Shown piece by piece: positions 53,966-64,000 of a DNA stretch of 64,000 nucleotides. The first letter of the stretch is position 1. Every line of letters begins with the position of its first letter. The position numbers were made by a program, and so were the translations under genes. The notes beneath the pieces were generated by a model. That model was not told the DNA's origin, made no database searches, and saw nothing but the letters and a program-made list of their open reading frames with translations. The DNA is from Octopus vulgaris (Eukaryota): positions 24,180,001 through 24,244,000 of the forward strand of contig OX597818.1 of the NCBI GenBank assembly GCA_951406725.2, in the 5' to 3' direction.

Positions 53966-56900
53966 TTTCATCAATTGAAAGGCAAGTGGTATTTTGCATT
54001 TCAAATATAAGAAATTAATGTTTATGAAGCATATGTGATATTTTCAACACTACAATGCAAGAGGGGAAATTCAGAAGTAAGGACTGAGTCTGTAAAGAGG
54101 TTTAAATTTTTGGTGGAAAGCAATTCCCTTTGTTTATGTTTATGCAACTAAATATCTTAACCCTTTAGTATTTAGATTACTCTGATAAATATATTGCTTA
54201 TCTATTTACATTGTTTTGAATTAATTGTGCATTGATTTCAATGCTGTGAGATTTCAATGATGTGATTGTGTATTTTTAGAATGACATTGTAAGGTAGGTG
54301 TAAGTGGCCAGATCTGGTCACTTTGAACATAAAAACAGGTAGAATATTTGGCCACATATGACTGGTTTAAATGCTAAAAGGCTAAAACAATCATGTATAT
54401 AGCATGGACTAATTCCTGCACTCTACAAATTTTGCTCCTAAGTAAGAACTCAGTTTCTCATTTGATAGTGACTTCCTGCAGTTTACTAAATGATATTTTT
54501 CTTCCTTTTTTTTTATGAAGAAGACTATACACCAAATAATAGCCTATTCATATTTGAATAAACAATTACTAATCCTTTTTAAAGATCCATCAATTCTTTC
54601 ACCATTATTTAACCTACTTAGGAGCAAAATTTGTAGAGTGCAGGAATTAGTCCATGCTATATACATGATTGTTTTAGCTTTTTAGCATGTTGGGCAGCAG
54701 TTTTTCTGAAATCTGCACACAACTTAGAAAGACCAAAAGAGATACTAAAAATAATTGGTGTTTCTAGTGTTAACACATTTAGTAACTAAAAGTAAATTGC
54801 ATTAACTAAAATACACATCTGTGCAATAGATTTTCATTGTAGCTAATCTCAGATCTACATATCAATTTGGAAACAAATCCTCAATTGTTTTAGATGATTA
54901 ACTTTTATTTTCTCTTGATAAGGATATTGTGCATATACTTCATTATTAATAATAGATCATGATAATTTGTAAAGATATGCTTCAGTTTGCAATCCTTCCA
55001 TTCATGAAATTGAATTCTCCAGCATGTTGAGATATCTTTACTTATGTAGTTTCATATCAATATCATGTACAGTGTTACATTATTAATACTGTAAAAACCA
55101 AACACTCACAAGAAATGGTGCAAACTGCAGTTGTAGCAGTTAAAACAGAATAATTTTATAAAAAGACATTCTTAAGATTAGAAAATATATATATATGCAC
55201 ACTCATATATTATAACTATTATTGTTGTTGTGAAGGTGGTGAGCTGGCAGAATCAGTAGCACACTGGGTGAAATGCTTAGCAGCATTTTGTCTGTCTTTA
55301 CATTCTGAGTTCAAATTCTGCTGAGGTCAACTTTGCCTTTCATCCTATTGGGGCCAATAAAATAAGTATCAGTTGAACACTGGGGTCAATGTGATTGACT
55401 TACCCCTCTCCAGCAATTGCTGGTTTTGTGCCAAAATTTGAAATCATTATTATTGTTGTTGTTGTTAAGTACAAGCATGGCTGTGTGGTTAAGAAGTTTG
55501 TTTCACAAAAGACATGGTTTCAGGTTCAGTCTCATTACATGGCACCTTGGGCAATGTCTTCTGCTACAGACCTGGATCAACCAAAGTTTTGAGTGGATTT
55601 GGTAGACAGAAACTGAAAGAAACCCACCATGTGTGTGTGTGTGTGTGTGGTGTGCATACCCTTATCTTAATATTGTGTAATAGTTGAAAATGATTGTCAC
55701 TGTCATATAAGTGGTGTCCTTCATTTCCAGCCTTCCATGAAAACATGTCTAGCCACAGGGAAATATTACTATGCTTGGAAACAGGATGAGCATCTAGCTG
55801 TAGAAAATCTGTCTCAACAAATTCTGTCTCACCCATGGAAAAGTGGATGTTATGATGATGATTAACACTATTATATCACTGAAGACTGGAATTTTGGGAT
55901 TAGTTATTGCTAGCATTTAATAACTTAAATAAAAAAAAATATATATTTCTGTATTTGGAAATGTTATCAATTTGCTAATCTGACATTTCAAAACTAATTT
56001 TAAATGAACATTCCCCTGCCTCAAAAGTAGTTTCTTAAACATCTGCAGCAATTTATGATATAAATCCCTTCAATAATGTTTTACAAGTATTTATTTCAAA
56101 ACAAACAGAACAAAAAAAAAACATACTAAATAATTTTAAAAAGCGATACCCAATACATTCCGATTATTTAATCGCAAATATTTTAATGCATATTAAGTAT
56201 TTTAATGCATAAAATATTTTAATACATATTAAAAAAGGAGATTGAAGGAGTAGAAAATGATTGTAATACTTGTTGGAACTAATGCTGAGCAAGTAGGAAA
56301 GCAAAATAAAATGCTGATATATTGTTATCATCATTATTATCTTTCATTATTTACAAAATTACATGTTTTGCACAGAAATATGTATTTTGACTAAACTGAG
56401 ATAAGAAAACATGAATAATACTGCCTTCTTTGCTTCTCTGCCTCTGATTCTTTCTTTTTCTCTCTCTCCCTCTCTCTGATAACAAAGAGTGGGTAAGTAC
56501 TGTTACACAACTTAGCATTCAATAAGAATAATTTTTTGCTTTGTTTCTTTCTCTTCAAGTATAACTGATTGAATTAGGATGTAATATACCAGATAAAATT
56601 TCCACATATTGAGCCAAAGAAATGCAAGATTTTATGGGATTTTCCTATTCAAATGGATAAGAAGCTACAAAATAATAGACCAGATATAACAATAATAGAG
56701 AAGGAAAAGCAAAGTTGTTTACTAATTTATGTATCATGTCCATAATCTTATTTCAAGTCTTCTTTGATGCACTGTTATATACTGAGTACTTTCTCATACC
56801 AATTCATGATGTCAACAAAGAAACCTATACAGTGCAAACTGCAAGAAATCACCCCCAAATCATGCCCTATTACAGAAAAAAAAAAAAAGAAAAAAAGTAA

Positions 56901-58920
56901 AGCCACATTAGATAATATGGTCCCTCTGTATACTGCTAAAAAGATTGATTGATTATGGCCGAAATGCTTTTGATGATAGGTACCTTGATCAGAGTTAAAC
57001 TGGGGCTAAACAATAACATTTCATTCACTAAGTATTAACAAATTTGACAGGGACAGACACTTATCTTGTATACATCAGGTAATATCTTTAATAGTCACCT
57101 GCTTTTTCAAGTTAATATTACACATTCAATTAAGGAGGTGGGCTAGCAGAATTGTTAGCATGCTGGGCAAAATGATTAGTGGTATTTTGTCTGTCTTCAT
57201 GTTCTAAGCTCAAAGTCTGCCAAGGTTGACTTTACCTTTCATCCGTTTGAAGTTGAAAAAATGAGTACCAGTTGAGCACTGGGATTGATGCAGTTGACTT
57301 ACCTCTCCCATGAAATTGGCTTTGTGCCAAAATATGAAACCAATATTACGTATCTTATGGGTCATAATCATCTCATTCTTCTCCAGTCACTACAGATATT
57401 CTGCATTTAAGTCACAGGCATTGAATTTCTTATACATATTTCACAGTCTTGTCTTTGTACAACCAGAGAAATCCAGTGTTTTTAGGAAACAGTATTTCTA
57501 AAAGCTGAGGGTTCTCAAAACACAATACATCAAATAGCAATTTTTTAATATTATATGATAAGAGAGATTCATATATGTCATGATAATTCTTTAAACTTAA
57601 TCTATTATTTAGCTTAACTCCATCTCATGGTCTTGAGTGCTTTTAGTGGAGTCCAGTTAGCTGCTCTGCTATCTAAGGATGAATAACTTCCTCCCTGCTG
57701 CCACTCTTGATGAGCATAAAAAATATCATGGGAGACTACACTTCTTTCTTTAACTAAAATATTAGAAGTGATATAAAATAAATATCTGAATTTGTTTTAC
57801 TCTGCACAAAGCAAATTATTTAGGAGTTTAAAAGATTTTACATAATCATTTTTTAGTTTGATATTATTCAACTTCTGGTGGAGAAAGGACTTCTCAACCT
57901 GTCTTTTCTCTTTTCAGTTTATTCAAGCAAGAGTATTCCATTTTTATCTTATCATTTATTAGTGTTTTCTATCTGCAAATTGATCAACTCAATTTTAATT
58001 GGTCAATTTTCTGTTGCAGGCAGACTATTCTGTGCCAGTTTGAAATATCCTGGTGTTTCTCAAAATTATATTATAGTTAGGTAATTAAATTATTGTTAGA
58101 CAAATAATTTTATAGTTTCTATTGTTACTGTTATTACATTTGCATGCTGAGGTCAAAAATTCTTTCAAGAAAATCCCATTGATAAAGAAAAATCTCCTCT
58201 CAATGTTTCAATTTATCTTAAACTATACCCCCTTACTCTATAGTGTTCAAAATAGCAAATGTGGTTGAGTCAATTTAATTTTAAAAATCTATCATGTTGA
58301 CTTTTGTATGATACCATGTTTCTAATGCTGGAATGCTTAATCACAATCTATTTTCTTAAGATTGCATCTCATAACATCTATTATTATTTTTTTCCTTATT
58401 TGATTAAGTCATCTGTAAAATTAATTAAATATAAGTCTGTTTTTGATATTCCAATTTTATTTCCTTCATTAACTGCTTGGTTGGGTTTATTGAATATGCT
58501 TGGTTAATGTCTGCTATTTATATTTGCTTCTCTTTTACAGATTTTGGGCTTAATACTCATTTCAACATTAGTTTCTTGATTATAATATCTAACAATATGG
58601 AATAATCTTTCAGACAAAGTGCAAATTTTTTCTCTGACATACAGTATTGTTAAGGCAATTGAAGGTATCGGTTGCCTTAATACAAAATACACAGATACCG
58701 TTAGTTTTTGTGTGTGTGTTTGAGTGTATTCTAGGTCTAGTTTACTTTAAACTGATTGTCTTTTCTGCTTTGGGCAAAATCTGTATAAAGATGTAAGTAC
58801 TGGAATTCTTAACATGAGGAATGCTTTATAAGGATCAATATTTTGTTATCCATTTCTTTTTGAATAATTTTAAGAGCTCCTTTGACTATAGGTACCACTA
58901 TTGTGTCTATATCCTAATTA

Positions 58921-59570
58921 CTACCGCCACTGGCTCCCGTGCCAGTGGCACGTAAAATACACCAATCTGACCGTACGACAGGCACCCATGCCAACCCCCT
59001 TGCTTGCGAAGACATGTTGGGGCAAGCGAAATCGAATTGAACCAGCCAGGTTCCCTGGTCTGGTGGTACGTAAAAAGCACTATCCGACTCGTGGCCGATG
59101 CCAGCGCCGCCTCCACTGGCTTCCGTGCCGGTGGCACGTAAAATACACCAATCTGACCGTACGACAGGCACCCATGCCAACCCCCTTGCTTGCGAAGACA
59201 TGTTGGGGCAAGCGAAATCGAAATCGAATTGAACCAGCCAGGATCCCTGGTCTGGTGGTATGTAAAAAGCACCATCCGACTCGTGGCCGATGCCAGCACC
59301 GCCTCGTTTGGCTTCCGTGCCGGTGGCACATAAAATACACCAATCCGACCGTGGCCGTTGCCAGCCTCGCCTGGCACCTGTGCAGGTGGCACGTAAAAAG
59401 CACCCACTACACTCACGGAGTGGTTGGCGTTAGGAAGGGCATCCAGCTGTAGAAACACTGCCAGATAAGACTGGAGCCTGGTGCAGCCTTCTGGCTTCCC
59501 AGATCCCCGGTCGAACCGTCCAACCCATGCTAGCATGGAGAACAGACTTTAAACGATGATGATGATGATG
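58921..59570 (+). mobile_element. Young RTE 3' UTR copy with internal 186-bp tandem duplication and (GAT)n tail
   Basis: The 3' end matches 41945-42145. Units start at 58927 and 59113, and CpGs are retained. Confidence 0.85.
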
Positions 59571-60384
59571 TAAAATCCTTGACTTATGAATATCTTTTAT
59601 CCCATTAATATTTTTCTGTCCATTGGGCATAACATATAAAATGTAATGCATGTTTTTGCCTTTCTAATCTCTTATGAATAGATCAAAAATTTCCTTATTA
59701 GTACATTATATGATATTTTACAATACTGTTATATTTTTCTCTACAACTTTCTTGAAGTTCTGCCAACATTGTGTTCTATAACATACGTAGATGGTGGCTG
59801 TATTGGTAGTTAAAATGACAACTTACTGTCCTACACTGTGTAGCTAAATATCAAAAAAACTTATTTTCCCAGAATAAGGTTAGCTGGGTGAGTATACCAC
59901 CTGTGGGCCTTAGGGGTTAAGAAAGAACCTTCTTACTTAAGGGTTCAGTTAAGAGAAAAGGATAGTCATCATCAGCAGCTAGATGAAATGTTAAATATAG
60001 CTAAGCACATATAAGAAGGCAAATATGCATTAGCAGTACTCCAGTATGTGACAAACATTGTCTTGTATAAGATCAGTAGCTGAATGGAATTAAATATTTT
60101 CTGGCTCTGAAAAAGAAGCTTGTTGTTATGATGCAATCTTAGCTACGTGACCACTAAAAAATATCATTAGAAACAGTGAAACCAAGTATTTACAGAGAAT
60201 AGGATGATTTCATTTGCATGTAATTTATGAACAGCAGTGTTGTCATGTGTATATGTATATGAATATAGTAACTGTTGATTATCATACCATACTGCATGTC
60301 TGAGATATACAAGTAGAGTAACCATTATTTTATTATACTGTTTACTTTGAAATGCTTGAAAAGCTCCCTAACAACTTCTGTTAT

Positions 60385-60975
60385 CTAGTTGATCTAATTA
60401 GCAATGAAGGTTAGTGCTCTGAAAGCATGGTAGCTAGAATAGCAAACAACAGGTTTGAAAAGCTCTGCTGCAACAAAGAGAGTCTCTCTCAAAATGAAAC
60501 TGTTTTACTACCTTTCAACATTGTACAGAGTGTAATGTTGAATGGTAGTAAAACATGGACACAAAATGCAGAGGATATGTCAGGGATGGAAAGAAATGGA
60601 GTGAGCTTGATTTGATGGGTGTGTAATGCTAGTGTGTGTTACCAACAGAATACAAATGAGTTGATAGAAAGCCTTGATATAAGAGGAATCTGTTGTAGTA
60701 TACAAAATGGAAGACTGAGCTGGTGTAGCCATGTAATCATATGAAGAATGACACTGGGGTAAAGAAGTTCCAAGTGATTTAAGTGGGAGAAGCCTATGGA
60801 AAAGGAAGAGTGAGAAAAGCATGGTGAGAAGTTGTGAAGGTTAATCTTAAAATGATGAACCCCATGAAGGAGATGACAAGTGACTGCAACAAGTAGCAAG
60901 ATGATGTGCTGGGAAATATTCATTTAACCCATGCAAGTATGGAAAAAAACACATGAAATGATGATGATGGTGATG
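60385..60975 (+). mobile_element. Old RTE 3' fragment
   Basis: VQSVMLNGSKTW...DMSGMERN, (GAT)n tail. Confidence 0.7.
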
Positions 60976-61960
60976 ACAGCTATTCATTCTTATAGTTATC
61001 TTCTTTAGGCCTACATATTTTTCTTTTAATAATCTGGAACTAAAAATCTTCAAAAACTCACATACTTCTTAACTCTACTCCTTCCTCCTTTATATTATTT
61101 TACTGCTAGTGTCATGTATGTACAGCACATCTTGTGAATATAGTTTGGTGCTATGTTGCATTGATTAGAATTTTAGTTTTAAGTATTGAGTGGTTAGCTA
61201 CCATTAGTTACTTTGCTTATCACAGACTTATCCATTCTCAATGGCTACTTCCCAAGTAAGGATTTATTTTCTCATTGCTATTTCTCTTATTGATTATAAT
61301 TATTATTTTATTTGTTATTGATTTGTTTGTGGAGTCTCTTTGTTGCTCTGTGAGATCCTCCTACCCAATCAAGTTACAACTGCCACTTTATATGGAATTA
61401 AAAATATTATAATTGATATTATCACTATTAAGTACGGTGGGGTACCAAGAATTGGCAGAGCAGCAGACAAAATGCTTTGCAGTATTTATTATAGTTCTTC
61501 ATGTTCATAATTCAAATCCTGCTGAAGATGACTTTATGGATCAATTAAAGTAAGAACCAGTCAAGTACTGTAGATGATTTAATTGACACTACCCACTTGT
61601 TTGTGGCTTCATACTCAGAAATCTTTATTATGACTGATTTAATGACAAATGAATAATAATGCAAAAGTGAGGAATCTATGTGAATCCTTAAAACTCATTA
61701 CTAATATATAAAAATTATTTTCTAGGCAAGATGTAAATTTAATGTGAACTTCATTCTCATTTTCAGAAAAATCTTATAAATCATATAATACATTGTAGCT
61801 GGGTTGCAATAAAAGGTTAGAGAGGATATTGGTTGTAAATTAAAGATCATTCATTAATAGCCTATTAAAAGTATTCAGCAAATAAAGAGAAATAAATGAG
61901 AGGAAATAAACAGTAAATGCTCCCAAGTGCAGCTGTATTTGAAGACTAGCAGGACTAGTA

Positions 61961-61962
<2 letters not shown>

Positions 61963-62023
<61 letters not shown>

Positions 62024-62024
62024 T
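61963..62024. repeat. (TA)n(GA)n microsatellite
   Basis: Seen directly. Confidence 0.9.
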
Positions 62025-64000
62025 ACATACATAGTATTGTGTGTCACAAAATCAAAATCCAAAAAAAAAAAAAATCCAGCTTGACCATAGCCGCATGGCT
62101 AAAATGAGTAAAAGAGTAAAAGAATATATATTTGTAATAGAAAAGTTAGCAAGAGAATTACTTTCACTATTGCAGTGAGTGAATTCTCATTAAAGATGAA
62201 GGAAACAAAATATTACAATGCTCGATGAAGATTTTTATGTTGACATTTGTAGAACTTTGGTAGTCAACAATAATTCCACATCAACCGATTTTATCTCATT
62301 AAAGTTCACATAGCATTTTTCTTACATAATTTCAGTTCTGCCTATGAGCTAACAAACCTATACTTGCATAGGTGGGTAGGTAGATCTTCTTGAGCACTGT
62401 AAATTACCAATCATCTCAGTCCTTTGTCATCTCCTCTGTGAGGCTCACCATCCCGAGATCCATCCCCACCATTCCATTCCACAAATTCCTGGCAGCCCCA
62501 AAATAAACAAATTGTAAAAGATCATACTAATGGATATCTCACATATTTTACATATGTTCCTCAGTTTTATTATGAATTTTATAAAAGGGAATTCTTTCTT
62601 AACACTCAAATAGAAATTTTTCCAAAATGATTAAATCTTTAGATGCAAAAAACTTGTCCCTTGATGCCTTTGGTTGAGACTGGAGTGCACCTTGTACAAA
62701 TTAAAGGAAGGGCAAAATAAAATGATAATGATAAATAAATTAATAAATTGAAACATCTCAATCCTTGAGAGGAAATGCTTGGATATTCTTAAAAATCTCA
62801 ATAATCCAAACTATAAATAAATCCTATTAAACTAGAAATTATTGAAATTGTAAATTGGTACACTCTTATAAAGAAAAATAATGAATTCTCTTTGGCAATG
62901 TGGTTAAAGTAAAGCCCAAAACTTTCTTCAACTAGGCATGGGTCTCTTGTCTTGAAATCAGTTCTTTTCGGTGTTAAGATGGTTTACACGTGAACTATGT
63001 GCTACAGATTTGCCATCTGCTCAAAAAGCAATACAAATAGGTTTAGATAGTGTCTACTAGACAATGGACTTAACTGATATGGGTAAATTAGCTTTTAATA
63101 CATAGTAAAATCTGAAGAAAATAATTTTTGTACAAAATTATATCAGAAACAGTTTAATTGATGTGAGCACAACCAAAACCTTTAGCCAAACTGCTAATTT
63201 ACATTGCATTTACACTTTTAAAAATTTCATTGAATTTTTCACATATATGAACATAGACACACACATATATACACAATTACAGCCATTACAATCATTATCA
63301 TCATTTCAAATTACATCTGCTTTCCATGCTGGCATGGGCTGGATGGGCTATCTCAGTTGAAGTCAGTCCATATGTGGAGTTACTGTCTTTGTAAATGAGC
63401 TACAGGAACACATCATGCTCATATATACTATTTTTGGCACAGTTTCTATGGCTAGGTGCATTTTCTCATTCCGCAGAATACAAAGCAATGTTACTCTCAC
63501 TCTTGCAAGGCAAACACAATTGAGGGGTGCAACAGGAGAGAATGACATATCATCAGCTGAAGCACCATTTTAACCCTTAAAGATTTAAACAGGCCATATC
63601 AGGCTCAAATATTCTACCTATTTAATACTCAAATTGGCCAGATTCAGCTTCTCAAACTTACCCTATAATGTCATTTTAAAAATAAATAACCACATCATCA
63701 AAATCTCAAAGCTATAGGATTAGTTCAAAACAATGTGAATATTTATTTATTATTATCATTTTGACAAAGTAATCTGAATTCTAAAGGATTAAGTTTCACT
63801 TTTCTATGTTTCTACAAATCAGATGGAATTCATTGAGACAGACATTTTATAGCTGGATGCCCTTCCTGTTGCTGGCCCTGACCTGTTTCCAAGAAATATT
63901 TCCTCATGGCCAATCAGGATTTCATGGGAGATTGGAAATGAAGGACACCATTTGCCAACTATCATGCAATGGCAAGACTAAGACACACACACACACACAC

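Noticed and set aside
58901-59536. 183-aa and 209-aa ORFs with internal repeats
   Set aside because: By-products of a GC-rich duplicated RTE 3' UTR.

Overview
AT-rich, microsatellite- and transposon-dense eukaryotic DNA. The repeat content resembles a coleoid cephalopod (octopus-like) genome, which is an inference. The one host gene I can support is hidden from the ORF track: the last two coding exons of a minus-strand selenoprotein S (SELENOS/VIMP)-like gene (36472-36415 and 34936-34854). It ends ...SDGHRPLMGHGGGSTYRPPRRSNTRGG-U(TGA)-G-stop, with a canonical type II SECIS element about 950 nt downstream (33909-33862) and AATAAA signals after it. I did not find the upstream exons, which probably lie beyond the right edge. 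The rest is mostly decayed mobile DNA: stacked R4/Dong-type RLE non-LTR elements in (TAA)n, two Penelope-like elements, several RTE LINEs carrying a PHD-like finger inside the RT, hAT, mariner, Helitron and Gypsy remnants, a solo LTR, TA- and TTAA-target MITEs, tRNA-type SINEs, minisatellites and two local inverted duplications. Boundaries of decayed repeats are approximate.
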